Part shown: positions 1 through 13,560 of the stretch, in pieces
How positions within the stretch are numbered: position 1 is the stretch's first letter
How the letters are laid out: each line of letters begins with the position of its first letter
From: the human T2T-CHM13v2.0 reference genome, Homo sapiens
DNA length: 64,000 nucleotides
NCBI RefSeq assembly: GCF_009914755.1
Contig: NC_060930.1
Reading direction: 5' to 3' (one strand)
Notes under the pieces: generated by a model
What the model was told of the DNA's origin: nothing
What the model saw: only the letters and a program-made list of their open reading frames with translations
Databases searched by the model: none
Made by a program: the position numbers and the translations under genes

Positions 1-389
1 TTCAAATGTTTTAATTTGTCTAAGTAATGTTTTTCTTTTTAAAAGATTTCCAATTTTGCTTCTGTGACCCAAGCAGGTATAATGGAGATTACTTCTAACA
101 CTTTTGACCTAGAATTCAGAATAGACTTGAATTCTAATGCCATCCATGCTACTTGTGGTGTACTCTACGTACACTGTCTGTATTAGTTTAGACATGCCAT
201 TTAGCCTCTCCAAGATAATACCTGCTCTGCCTGCTGGTAGGTGCAAATGAGATTCTCTGTGTGAAAAATCCTCCAAAAACTGTTAAGTATTACCAAGTGT
301 GATAATGACAAGGAACAAATGGTGTTTGAGACCCTTTGGCCAGAAGCCACACATTTCCTTCACAGTCATAGGATACTTATTAGAAGAAT

Positions 390-520
390 GAACACTGGAC
401 AAAGAATTGAGAGCCCTGAGTCTCAACTCCAGCTCCACGACTGTCTAACTTTGTGACCTTGGGAATATTTTAAACTTTCTGGATCATGGCTTCTCCATCT
501 TTAAGATGAAAAGATTGAGT
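390..520 (+). mobile_element. MIR fragment
   Basis: MIR core-like ctaactttgtgaccttggg...ttctccatctttaagatg. Confidence 0.6.
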
Positions 521-1466
521 GAACCTTTGAGTTGCTTCAAGCTTCTAGATTATTTGATTCTACATTATATGACTGTTTGGCAGAAGGAAAACCTAGTCTC
601 CTCTTCTAGGTGGTGGTGGAAATTTTAAAGTATGTACTGCATATCTGACTCCACATTGCTAGTCCCAGAGGATCACTGCTGCAGTATAGCACTTCTATGC
701 CTCCTTTCCACACTTCCACTCACTGATACCTTGAACAGGCAAATATTTCTAGGCTTTGATTATTGTTACAGGTGTGTGTTGCTCTGCTGAGCATAGGTGG
801 ACTTGCAAAAATTTTTGTAAGCTTATTTTTAAGAGTTTAAATCATATTTTAAAAACTTTGTAACCATTTAAAGGAATTCTTGTGTATCTTTTAGGAAGCA
901 CATAATTATCATTATCATCTAACTTATTTTAAGTATTAAACAAGAAACCTGGGTGATGACGAAAGTTTTTTATGATGACATAATTAATCTCACTACTGAA
1001 ATATTGTTGGTTTGGTGGGAAATGTCTGAGTACTTTATTAAAGGAAAAAGTGTGCCATCTACTGGCTATGTATTGAATAAAGGAACACGACTACTTGAGT
1101 GTCCAGTGATGTTTTTAAAAATTCATTGCAAGAGCATATTTTAAGAGAATGAAAGCTTACGATGATAAAGACTGAAGTGATAAGACATTATGCCAACTCA
1201 GAATTCATAAAGATTATACTGAGGCGTAATATGCTGTTAAGGCCTTCCTTGATGATGAGCTTATGTTACTACGAACTTCAACATGAAAAGAAGAGGAAGT
1301 GTGTGAATCCTCTGAAGTGCATAAAGAGAAACATTAATGAGATTTGTGACAGTCTATTTACCTTAGGTACTTATTTTGGATCTCATTAAAATTTATGTGT
1401 TTTCACCTGAAAAATGACTTTATTTTAGAACTGGTTTGTCAATCATCTCTTTACTTTCTATTTTAG

Positions 1467-1593
1467 GATGGGTTTTCATATGCCACCATTCTGTTCCATT
1501 TCCCACTTGCACCTTCATGTTCTGGCACCAGTGGATCAGCTTGGCTTCTTATCCAAGTTGGTTTATAGAGTCAATTCCTATTGGTTTATCACA
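1467..1593 (+). CDS. HINT3: HINT3 penultimate coding exon (HIT motif)
   Basis: ttttag acceptor and ACA|gtgagt donor; translates (G)[42 protein letters not shown] with the HxHxHxx histidine triad. Earlier exons are upstream of the window. Confidence 0.96.
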
Positions 1594-1839
1594 GTGAGTA
1601 TTCTTGTTATGTCAGCAGCATACAAAAATATTTAAAATATCCTTTTCATTGTAGTTTTTTCTTCTCAACAGTAGGCACTTACAGCTCTCATAGACTTGAT
1701 TACCTGTTTTAACATACTGCTTGCGCATATCCAAAATAATATTTTTAATTTGGGGGATTTTGAAGATCATCAGTCTGTAGGAAGAGAAGCTATGGCTAAA
1801 TCTTCCCCATTGCAAGTAGCAGATACGATATAGAAGAAC

Positions 1840-2085
1840 CATGGTATTCAGAGTTCTGACTCTGGAGTCAGATCTGGATTCAAATTCTGGCTGCAGTGCT
1901 TGCTTGAGGGTCCATGTGAAAGTTACTTACATTTTTTAAGGCTCAAGGTCTTTATCTATTACCTGCATATAGGTAACAGTGCCTATACCTAGGGTTGATA
2001 AGAGAGTTGATGAGGTAACTTATGTGAAAAGCACTTAAAACAGTACCTTGCAAATAGTAAGTGTCAGGAAATGTTACCTGCTACC
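1840..2085 (+). mobile_element. MIR
   Basis: ctctggagtcagatctggattcaaattctggct...aaagcacttaaaacagtacc. Confidence 0.75.
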
Positions 2086-2172
2086 TCTATTGTATCATCA
2101 ACATCATTGTAGAAATTGAGTTTTTGTAGTTTTTGATAGTTCAAATTCCTTAGAAAAGAGTTGTAGTAGTAG

Positions 2173-2496
<324 letters not shown>

Positions 2497-2867
2497 TGAA
2501 GTTTTGAGTCTAAAAAATTACAGCATTCTGCTTTTCCAAAGCAAAAGTGGAGTAGAGTTCAGCTGTTTATACACCTGTGGTCTGAAAGTCAGCCCTTAGA
2601 TATTAAGTGACTCTGGGGTCCCTCTAAGGCCAATTGACCACTAATTTACCAGGGTGTTATTTTATGTGTCCATGATGACAAAGTGATCTGTAGTTGCCAT
2701 ATCTGAATAATCATCCAATAGTATTTATTTATCATTAGTTAATGAATGGTATTATTCTAGTCATAGTACAGAAAAATTTAAAAAGTGTCTGATTTCTAGA
2801 AACTTCATATTTCAAACATATTATCCCTGTCTTCAACTTGTTGCCCAGATGATTTCATTTAAATAAT

Positions 2868-3100
<233 letters not shown>

Positions 3101-3511
3101 TTAAAAAGTGGGATATTCTGCCGGACAGCTGGTTTGGGTTTTTTTTTTTTTTTTGCAAAGTTTGTGTAATAGAAAATGCTTTTTTTTTATATTTGTATTT
3201 CTAATTTTCTATAAGAGCTATACCTTTATAATAAAAGATGAATGAAAATACATTTTTGTAATGTTTTGACTGTATTTTCTTATAGGAAATACTTTTTTAC
3301 TTGGAAAACATCTTATAAGATATGTTGTTGGTTTATCCTGAGAATCTGAACTCTTCTTAAATCTGACTTTGTTAGCGTATCTTATGAGACTTTGAAAAAA
3401 ATCAAGATAAAGATATTGAAGTTAATTTCAAAATCTTATATAATGATCCAGATTATATAGTGTGATTGAGAAAAACACTGAAATGATGTAACTCACAGAC
3501 TTTAGTTTACC

Positions 3512-3990
3512 TTTTTAAAAAATAGACTTTATTTTTTAGAGCTGATTTAAGTTCACAGCAAAATTGAGTGGAAACTACAGAGTTCCCACGCACCCCCTAC
3601 CCCTCCACATGTACAGTTTCCTCACTATGACATCCTACACCACGGTGGTATATTTGTTACAATCAATGAACCCCATTGATAAATTGTTATCACCACAGTC
3701 CATAGTTTACTTTTGAGTTGACTCTTGGTTTTATATTCTGTGGGTTTTGATAAATGTATAAGGACATGTATCCACCATTATAGCATCATACCTAACAGTT
3801 TCACTGCTCTAAAAATCCTCTGTATGCTGCCTATTCATCCCTCCTTCCCCTCTAACTCCTGGCAACTGCTGATCTTTTTATTGTCTCCATAGTTTTGCTT
3901 TTTGCAGAATGTCATATGGTTGGAATCCTACAGTATGTAGCCTTTTCAGATTGGCTTCTTTCACTTAGTAATATGCATTTCAGGTCTTAT
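3512..3990 (-). mobile_element. Old L1 (L1MC/MD-like) 3' end
   Basis: gttcacagcaaaattgag...ttggcttctttcacttagtaatatgcattt, typical antisense L1M 3'UTR. Confidence 0.75.
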
Positions 3991-4264
3991 TTTACTTTTT
4001 AAAACTTTAGTGTTATATTTATTTTCCTTTTCTTCTTGAAACTTGTTAATGAATTTGCAATGTAGGCAACAATCTGCCTATTTACATACAATGTAGAATA
4101 ATTATATATAGATATTATACTGAGTTTTTTTGTAAGATATTTTTAGGAACAGAATATATAGTACTCAACTCTTCTAATGTGGCATATTATAATAGGGATA
4201 CCAGTAGAATTATTTGATAGAGACTATGATATCTAGAATTAAAAAGTATGTTTTTTAATTACAG

Positions 4265-4297
4265 GCTGATCACTTGATTGAAAAACTAAGAACATGA
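4265..4297 (+). CDS. HINT3: HINT3 last exon, coding part
   Basis: ttacag|GCT GAT CAC...ACA TGA = ADHLIEKLRT*, in phase 0 with the previous exon. Confidence 0.95.
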   Translation, partial: ADHLIEKLRT

Positions 4298-5469
4298 AAA
4301 TGTCAAGAGTGGAAGATTTTTCTAATCTTGGTTCAGCATGAAGTGGTATTTAGGTCCCTTTTAAGTCTAATTGCAATTTTAAGATTTGTTGGGTTTTATG
4401 AGAGGCTGTTACTTAGTGGCCTTAAATCTTTTCTGAATGTCTGTTTCCTAAGATCTGTGATACAGTTATGTGAATATTTTGTTACTGACTTGTTTCAATG
4501 GTTACTTGTATAAGGATTTTATATATATGATACTATAGATAAAATCCTATTTAAGACAAATTCTGTTAATCAACAAGGGCTCTGTATTTTTTTAAGTTAA
4601 AATATTTTCATTTCTCAGTAAGTAGTCAGTTATAATAGTGATTTATTTATGAAGAATAAACTACTATAGAAAGTACTTTGTGGGAACCTTTATTACTGTG
4701 AAGGAGAAAAATAGCTATTTCTTGACAGTTCTATAGTTTTACACATAAATTTTCAAAATAAAGAATACCATACTACACAATGATCTCTGATTTTGCTGAG
4801 GGAAGGAATTATATATGTGCCACTTTTTCCTCAAATTTCAGATGCCAGTTTTCACTTTTTGAAGCATTGCATCTTTTTAATAAATCTATCCTGAAAGCTA
4901 TATAATATATATAATTTATATCAATGAATTTACAATAACTATCAAATTGGCTATCAGAATTCACTGTAATGGAATTTTGCCTCTAATAACATAAAGGGGG
5001 AAGAAACATAAAGTGGTTCTCTTAATAAAACTAGCAGAAAATGTTGCTTTATGGCATGTTTTTGTATCAAAGAGAAATCAGAGGTTAAACTTTGCTTTTA
5101 TCATGAAAAGGGCCTGATTTGAAGGTAGAGATAGGCTTAGATGAGAAAAATTGATAACGCAATGTTAATACTATTGATATTTCATAGGTATATTTTGTTA
5201 GAAATTGGTTTTTTGGTGCTAATCTATAGGCACAATAGTGAATATGAATGAAGAGTAGGTGCTGCAAGTTAATCCTACATTGTGCCAGTGTATATTAGTA
5301 CCATGTAAATGAATATGAATAAATGAACATGAGGATTAACGAACTGTTGAAAATAGGCTGAGATACTAGTTTTCTTTCTTTTTTAGAGGGGGCATGATAT
5401 TAAAGATAGTTTTAAGTAACAAATTACTTATTACAAAGTTACAACATGTGGAATCAATACTGTTTTATT

Positions 5470-5560
5470 TGTTCATTAATTTATTCATTCAGCAAACATT
5501 TGTTGAACATTTAATGTGTACCAGATATTGCCAGGATCAGGAAATAAAGAACTAAAAATG
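5470..5560 (-). mobile_element. L2 3' tip
   Basis: ttcattcagcaaacatttgttgaacatttaatgtgtaccag. Confidence 0.6.
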
Positions 5561-6094
5561 GACATTCAGACTGCAATTGCTAGTACAGGGGTCAAACAAA
5601 ATCAGTGATTAGAATTTAGTGCGTTAAGTTCCCTGATGCCTTCACAGCCAGAAGAGGCTGTGAAGGGATAAACACTTCTGAGAGTGGGTGGTAGTAGAAC
5701 TGAGTATTCAAGACTGAATGTTAGGCAGGTAGACAGTGACTGGTTAAGCTGAGAAACTTACAAGTATTTTCGTTGAGTTCTGCTTCCACTATTATTTACT
5801 TTACAATGGATATGAAGTTCAGATTTCATCTTATTTACTGAAGGTGGAGAAAGGATGTGGAAGTAGGGGTTATGGGCTCTCAAAAGTAGATTTAGAGAGA
5901 TTTTTTTATCACTGTTTTATGATATAGTTCACTGAGCACTTACATAGATTAACAGTTACAAGTTTCCATAAATCAGTTAGAATATGACTAGCTTCAGGGA
6001 AGGAATTTTCAACAACTGCAATCTTTGATTGTTTTACTGTGGGAACTTGCAGTGATATAATTGACAACATTATTTAACAATAATAGGTAAAGTA

Positions 6095-6471
<377 letters not shown>

Positions 6472-6507
6472 TTATAGGTTTATATGCTCTCATGTAAACC
6501 TATTTGT

Positions 6508-6557
6508 TTCCGAGATCAGACGAGATCGGGCGCGTTCAGGGTGGTATGGCCGTAGAC
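6508..6557 (-). pseudogene. 5S rRNA tailless retropseudogene, nt 1-50 (RNA5SP class)
   Basis: Reverse complement GTCTACGGCCATACCACCCTGAACGCGCCCGATCTCGTCTGATCTCGGAA is the 5' end of human 5S rRNA; TSD aacctatttgtt at 6497-6508 and 6558-6569. Confidence 0.97.
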
Positions 6558-6841
6558 AACCTATTTGTTAAAAACCCTTGGAAACACATCTTTTAGTAGA
6601 GGTTCTTATTTACTTATAAAGATTAATAATCAAATTACTACAATTAATATCCATTTAGCCTTTTCAGTAGTCTAAATATTTGGTAACTCCCTAGCCATCT
6701 ATAACACTAGTTCAAAACAAGGCTAATTCATAACCTGTCTTAAAAATGTTTGAAGTGGTATCAAGAGCATTGTTTATGCATGTTGTGATACTATTTGTGG
6801 AACTGTTTAATGAGCTATTTCAAACTGCTAGAAGAAAATGA

Positions 6842-6847
6842 AATAAA
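6842..6847 (+). terminator. Candidate distal poly(A) signal of HINT3
   Basis: AATAAA with downstream U/GU-rich tract. Confidence 0.6.
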
Positions 6848-7419
6848 AATGGAAAAATACTGTCAAATTTTGCCTGTCTGGACTTTTTAAGTAGTATTAA
6901 AAACAGAAATTCAAATGAAAGATGTTTTATAAATTGGCTGATCAGTGTATGAAAGGTATACTGTAGTGATGTAAACACACCTCTTTCATATAAAGAATCC
7001 AAGGTTAAGAGCACAGCCTTTATTATTGTAACACTTATAACTTACATACTTCTAGATTTTGATATGAAAAAGTCATTTACAAAAGCTGGTGCCCACAACT
7101 TTGATTAATTTTTTAGTATGTACTAGGTACAAGTACTCCAAGTCACTAAAATGAAACTAATACTTGTTAATTCACCTATTTATGAATCAGCTCTTATCCT
7201 TGCAATATAAATACAAACAACAGATCTGACTCAGCTGAAATCAACTTAATGAAAATGTCTAAGTCCAATTCTGATTGAGGAGAATGAGATCCTCATTACA
7301 TGATTAGTTATTTAAAATCACAGAAGTAGAGACAGATTCACAATGAACAATCATGCATTAATTAAACCAATCCTTAAGCCAAATATCTTTTAAGTATAAT
7401 ATTTTCTATTCCTATGAAA

Positions 7420-7740
7420 TAGACATCTCAAGCTTAAAATGTTCCTCCTTCCCAGCCTGTTCCTTTTAGTTTTCCCCATCTTCATTAATGGCAACTCCAA
7501 TCTTTCCATTGCTCAGGGTGAAAATCTTGGAGTCATGCTTGAGTCCTGTCTCTCACACTTCATATCTAACCTATTAACCTTGTTGGCAGTACCTTCCAAA
7601 TATATTCAGAATTTGACCACTTCCCATCAGTGCTATCACCTTGGCCAAGTTATCATCATCTTTTATCTAGATTGCAGGAGTAGCTTCCTCACTATCCCCC
7701 TGCTTTTGTCCTTTCCCACCCTACTGTCTCCTCTCAACAC
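7420..7740 (+). mobile_element. L2 fragment
   Basis: aatggcaactccaatctttccattgctcagg...aaatcttggagtcatgcttga. Confidence 0.75.
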
Positions 7741-8927
7741 ATTTACACATTGAACAAACAGAACATGTATGCTTGAGTGTTCTGTCAGACCCACAGATCC
7801 TAAACACTGCCCTCAGATACACACAAAAAGTTTTGGCACCGGGTTGTCCCCTTGAAGGGACCTGAAACAGAAATCAGTTCATTCTTTTCAGTGCCCAGTG
7901 TCTCTGCCTTTGCAGATACTCATTCTCTCTTTCCTTGAATGTTGCTAGAAACTCTTGACTGGATTTCATGCCCCCAGATGCTCCCTTTCTAACATAGCCT
8001 CATCAGAGTTCTTCCTAAATTACTGACTAAATTACTAAATTGATCATGCAATTTTCTTATGAAAATCTCGCCATTTACCCTGAAGATAATTTATCAGCCT
8101 TTTCAGCTTTGTTTCCTGCTCTTATACCAAAGTACTAGCCATTTTTACTACTACAACTAAACTGGGCACACCTTTGAAAATCTGTTTCCATTAAAGTCCA
8201 GGTTCAAATGTTTCCTAATCCATGAAGTCTTCACTGAAACTTCTCATCCCCAACCTCGGCAGTATTGTTTCTTCAGCTTCATTTCATGGTATTTTGTTTA
8301 TCTTCCTAGAATAAACCTTATACAATCTAGCCAAGATGTAGTAAGATATTTCTTGCCACTGGATTTTGAGCTGTTTTGTGGCTGGGGGATTTATTTTTAA
8401 ATTTGTCTTTGCATCTCCATTGCCTTAGCCTAGTGACTGACTCATATTCCTGGTAAGTAAATCTGTTGTAATCTCTTGAGTTCCTTAAAATGTTACCATA
8501 ATAGACCAAAATCTGATTGAAGACCCTGATTGCAGGCAACTTTCAATCCAAAAATCAAGGGTATAACCTAGATGTCAGCTGCACCTTCCTGGCATTATGT
8601 CCTTCAGGTCAGTATCCATGATCAATATATAACTTAGTTGTGAAATGTCTGAGTTTCCAAAGAATTCACCCACACTAGATAGTTCAAGAATTTAATAGCC
8701 AAACTTTTACAGGGCTGTATAGCTCCTGCCGTCTTCCTTGCTGTCTTCCTCTACTTCACTCCTTGCTTTTGGAACACATTTCTCTTACTTTCTCATTAGA
8801 CATGTTTTAACTTTCTCTGAAGCCCTAGTTCTAGCCAACATACCTAACCCATAGGAAATCACCTAACTTAAGTAGGATTATTCTAGATATTTTCTCAGCT
8901 AAAGAGATTCTCTCAAGATTAGTTATT

Positions 8928-9276
<349 letters not shown>

Positions 9277-9436
9277 TTACATCTTCCTCTGAGAAAAATA
9301 TTTGAAACACTTTGCAAATTTATCCCATAAATTCACTCCTCAAAGGCAGTTAGAAGACAATAAAACATGCTATTTATCTGTGGTACCTGAGCCTCCTGGG
9401 ATTCACAGCCCGTCCATCCATCCTCCTTTTCCTCAG

Positions 9437-9623
9437 GCAGTTACTCTTTAACTTTCATGTGCTTCAGAACCACTTGGTGGGCTTCTTTAAAACACACTCC
9501 TAGACCTACTCCCAGAATTTCTGATTCAGCAGGTCTGGGAGTCGGGGAGGATTCTGTATTTCTAAATGGCTTCCAGGTGATATTGATACTGCCTGACCTA
9601 GGACCACACTTTGACAACTCCTG
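9437..9623. mobile_element. MER5A (hAT-Charlie)
   Basis: tttctgattcagcaggtctggg...ttccaggtgatattgat...gaccacactttgacaac. Confidence 0.75.
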
Positions 9624-9629
9624 CCATAA

Positions 9630-9810
9630 GTAGTGCTTAAATTTGGCTGCACATAAAATCAACAACTGGGGAACTTTTAAAAATCTTTACGTCAAGGCCA
9701 TACACCAGCCAAATAAAATTTGAATCACAGGGGATAGATTCCAGGCCTCGGTATTTTTAAAAAACTCCTCAGGTAATTACAATGTGCAGCCAAGTTTGAG
9801 AACCTGTGCC
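9630..9810. mobile_element. MER5-family element (MER5A1-like)
   Basis: Inverted ends ttggctgcacat / atgtgcagccaa. Confidence 0.7.
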
Positions 9811-11884
9811 CTATAGGATTAAGTACAATTCCCCTTTGGGCCTTGTTATGGTAGACTCTCAAGAAAATCTCTTTTATGGGACCTGAGACTGACTATACGA
9901 TATATAATAATTTTCCTACTCATGGGAAGCAAATAGGAGCAAGAGATGAGGATTACTGGGAGTTGTGGTTAAACAAGAATCTGTGTGATTTAACAAGCGT
10001 GTAGAAGATGACAGGCATACCTACTTTAAATGACTTGCCAGAAGCTTTTCTTTGTTTAGAAATCATGATTGCTTCTGATTTAAGGAAGGAAAGGAGGACA
10101 AAAGACGTGGCTCAAATGAGGCAAATGTACTGTAATCTTTGTTACCTCTGGTTCACAAGTTCTGCCAAGGGAAGTAATAAATGGCATCCCATTCAAAGAC
10201 TTACTGGGTCTCCAGCCTGTTTCCCTGCACATATTTTTCTATGCATAGAACCTGCTTTCCAGGTAGCAAATTAGAGGGCATAGTTTGTAACTAGGGCTTC
10301 AAGTTTGTTTTGGGGAGTCTTTAGAAAAGAGGATGGGATCTACATTTCTCTGCTTCTGGGGATCTTGTTGGAAATTTGACCTCAAGTAGCTGAGTCATAC
10401 TTAAATCAACTCCAGCTGCTTAAGTCTGAATTGGTGCCTCAGAATTCCAACTCATACAGGCTTGTTTCCTTAGAGTAGGCAGTATTATTTCTCTCTTTTC
10501 CTAAATTATTTTCATTAAGATTGACAAGAGGGGAGACCCCTCTGGGACATCAAGAAATTCAAACCTCAGTAATGCTCTGCTGCAGTAAAGTTTGTGCAAT
10601 TCTTATATAACTTATTCCAATAAAATTTTATTCTCAAAACTATTCAGAAGCCTCTTTTTACTAATTGCTAAAATCATAGTCTTAATACATATGAAGATAA
10701 CTTTTCTCCCTCTTATTGGTGTACAAATCCCTATGGTTCTGTGTGATACCTAGACCCTTTTCAAGTGTTAGATGTTCAGCCTGAGATAGATGCATGGGCA
10801 GTTTTGATATTACATGTGACCTCTGCTGCTGGGACCTGTTAACTTTCTATTCATTTCTCTGAGTGTGTCCTACTAGCCTCAATACTTAAGTGGCATATTA
10901 AAACCAAAACTCAAAATTCCCCTTTCCAATTTCTGATCCTTACTTCCCAGGAATGTCCTCTGATTTTTTAGTAACAGGCGGCCTATACCAGAGGCTTTAA
11001 CGTTTGCACAACAGCTGTCTCACAGGAGACAGGTTCTAAGAGGTCTGCCCTAGAAGATGGAACATGGATGGAACTTTGGATCAGTTCCCAGAAGTCAGAC
11101 TATGAACCTCCTTGCTCCTTACAGTACAAAAAAAAAAAAAAAAAAAAAGCAAGTCTCTGGATGCAGTTTGATCACCAAATTCCAAAGTCCTTATTCTCCT
11201 GCTGCTTCTTAACCACTCTTGTAAGCTCAAGAACTTTGAACAGGTCTGGCTGTGAGTCCCTCAAAGGCAGTTTCATTGATGTCACAGTAGTTCCACACTA
11301 ACTCTAGTGGCCTGTGCAAGGTTAATCTCTACTTCTCCAGACCAGGTATCCAACAATTTAGATTCATGATGTAAATACTCTCCTGCTGGTTTCTGAGGTG
11401 GAGATTTAGTATAGATTTAGTCCTGAACTGTAGCACAAAGGAGCTGGGTGAAAAATCAGTGAAACCCGATTCCATTTGGGTTCTCCAGGCCTTGTAGTCT
11501 CATTTGTCTCTATATAGCATCATATTAATCCAGGCATGAAAATCAGCAATTCTTTGATATTCTCTATAAAGTTGCCCCATCAAAATTCCATATTAATTTT
11601 GCTGAAGATTTGACAAGTTCTGGGGATGGGGCATATCAAGTACTGCACATCATTTCCCCAACATCTCATTGGTTTTCTGTCCCAACCTTGGCCTCTCTTC
11701 TCAAATAGTAAACAACTTTTCTTGTCTCAAAGTACTTTTACCCCCTTTTCTGAAGTTTTGGGGTCAAGAGACAGCTATGCTTCTCAGAGTCACTTAGCAC
11801 AAGTGAACTTGAGACATATTCCTAACAAAAACAGATCTCTTGCTAACAAAAATTCTCATGTGATTTTCTTAAGAAAAATGTCAA

Positions 11885-12110
11885 GTGCCACTTATTGGCC
11901 CCATTCAATATGCCAGATGTTATATTCAACACTTTATGAACATTATTCCACTTAATCCTTGTAACAATCCTTTGCAGGAGGCAGTGTGTTTTTCCATTTT
12001 TAAAAGAAAACTCAAGCTCGGAGAGGTTAAGAGCATATACATGGTAAATGGTGGAAGTGAGGTTTGAATCTAATATTGACACCACAGCCTATGTTCTTAA
12101 TCACTACCAC
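11885..12110 (-). mobile_element. MIR
   Basis: aaactcaagctcggagaggttaag...gtggaagtgaggtttgaatc. Confidence 0.75.
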
Positions 12111-12254
12111 TGCCCATCAACTACGTTTCTGGCACATGCCGCTGGGGATATGCCAGATACATACTCTTTTGCACCTTGTACAATACCACAGAGAAATGCA
12201 AAATAAATAATTTTTAATAGGGCAAAGGGCTCGGTACTCTCAAAAGCAGAAATA

Positions 12255-12407
12255 GCCCAGAGGGAGGGCTTGAGCCCGTAATTCTAGCACTTTGGGAGAC
12301 TAGGGTAGGAGTATCCCCTGAGACCAGGAGTTCAAGGTTACAGTGAGCTATGATTGCGCCACTGCACTCACCTGGGTGACAGAGCAAGATTGTCTTAAAA
12401 AAAAAAG
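12255..12407 (+). mobile_element. Monomeric Alu (FLAM/FRAM)
   Basis: Single Alu arm with A tail. Confidence 0.85.
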
Positions 12408-12763
12408 TCACATATATACATAGAATATGCAATTAAAATATATTTCATAAACTATCTGCTATGAAATCTGTGCCAGTGTGAACTTTCTCCAAGTTTTAAT
12501 TTATGGCTGGCTGTGGATTTAGTCCTGAGTCTAACAAATAACACAACCTAATAATTATTGCCTACTTTGAGGAAGATATTCTTTTGGTTTTTGTTAAGAA
12601 TAGAGTGAACCATAAAAGATTATATCAGACCTCAAGAGTTTATTATAATTGGGTTATAAGGCATGTGCTCTCGAAAAGTTGTTACATAAATACGAAAAAT
12701 ATACTGTTAAATGACTGGCCCAACTAAATCAGTTCCCAAAGCTGTGCTGGTTAGACAAACCTA

Positions 12764-12803
12764 CAAGGAAATGGTGAAATTTCCAAGGAAATGGTGAAAT
12801 TTC
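12764..12803 (+). repeat. Perfect 2 x 20 bp tandem duplication
   Basis: caaggaaatggtgaaatttc at 12764-12783 and 12784-12803. Confidence 0.97.
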
Positions 12804-12899
12804 AGTCCAATTTTGAAGAACAGGTTTTGAAGGGCTGTAGAGAAAGCTGGAAGCACACTCCAAGTGGAACGATAACTTGGAAATATACTGTCTTATTAT

Positions 12900-13560
12900 C
12901 ACAGGCTGCTCCTGAAAGCCACGCGTCCCCGCTCACCAGCTACCAGCGCTGGGAGACCCCTAACCACCAGGCATTCACAGGTGAGGAAGCCCCTCCCACA
13001 GCGGCCGGAGTTTCGGACTCGGAGCGCGAGAAACGTCGGGATAGCGCCTGCCTCGCAGAGCTTCCGCTTCCGGCCCTTCAGGCTCTGTCTCTGTGGAGAC
13101 TGGGCTTTGGGAGGGAGAAAGAGGGACCTAGCGCGGGCCGCGCAGGCGCACGGTGGGCAGCTGCAATGGCGCTGTCGTGTACCCTTAACAGGTATCTGCT
13201 CCTCATGGCGCAGGAGCATCTGGAGTTCCGCCTGCCGGTGAGTCCGTAGCGCCCTCCGGAACTTCCGACGGAAGAGGACGCTGGAGTGGAGTGGAGTGGG
13301 TGGAGGTGATCTGCATAGCCCGAGGAAGCTGGGATTCGGGGGTCTTCGCTGGTCTGCGCGGGTCACGCGTCCCCAGTCCTCGGGCGGGGTGAGCTTGGCG
13401 GAGGGTGTGTGTGAGAGAAGTCCGAGACCAGACCCCTCGGCCTGCTTAAACTTTTCATTCTTTTGCCCGTGTATCAAGTACCGGAGTTAGGCAGGTGAAT
13501 ATGACCGGTCATCTCACTCCCGGAGCTCTTCGTCTAGCGGAGAATAGAGACAGCTAACAA
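12900..13560 (+). promoter_or_regulatory. TRMT11: TRMT11 CpG-island promoter
   Basis: Sharp GC/CpG rise around exon 1; tandem ETS cores cttccgcttccgg (13061-13073); NRF1-type gcgcaggcgca (13140-13150); ETS cluster ccggaacttccgacggaag in intron 1 (~13256-13274); no obvious TATA box. Confidence 0.9.
13166..13237 (+). CDS. TRMT11: TRMT11 exon 1 CDS (tRNA guanine-10 N2-methyltransferase)
   Basis: gcaATGG Kozak; MALSCTLNRYLLLMAQEHLEFRLP; CCG|gtgagt. Confidence 0.96.

Noticed and set aside
6508-6557. Functional 5S rRNA gene
   Set aside because: Only 50 of ~120 nt; lacks the internal control region and terminator
11128-11148. Orphan poly(A) run as the tail of a processed pseudogene
   Set aside because: No TSD or recognisable upstream mRNA body
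12764-12803. CRISPR-like repeat
   Set aside because: Two abutting copies with no spacers, in eukaryotic DNA
12899-13477. 192-aa antisense ORF over the promoter
   Set aside because: Starts at TTG, lies in stop-poor CpG-island DNA, and has no recognisable domain
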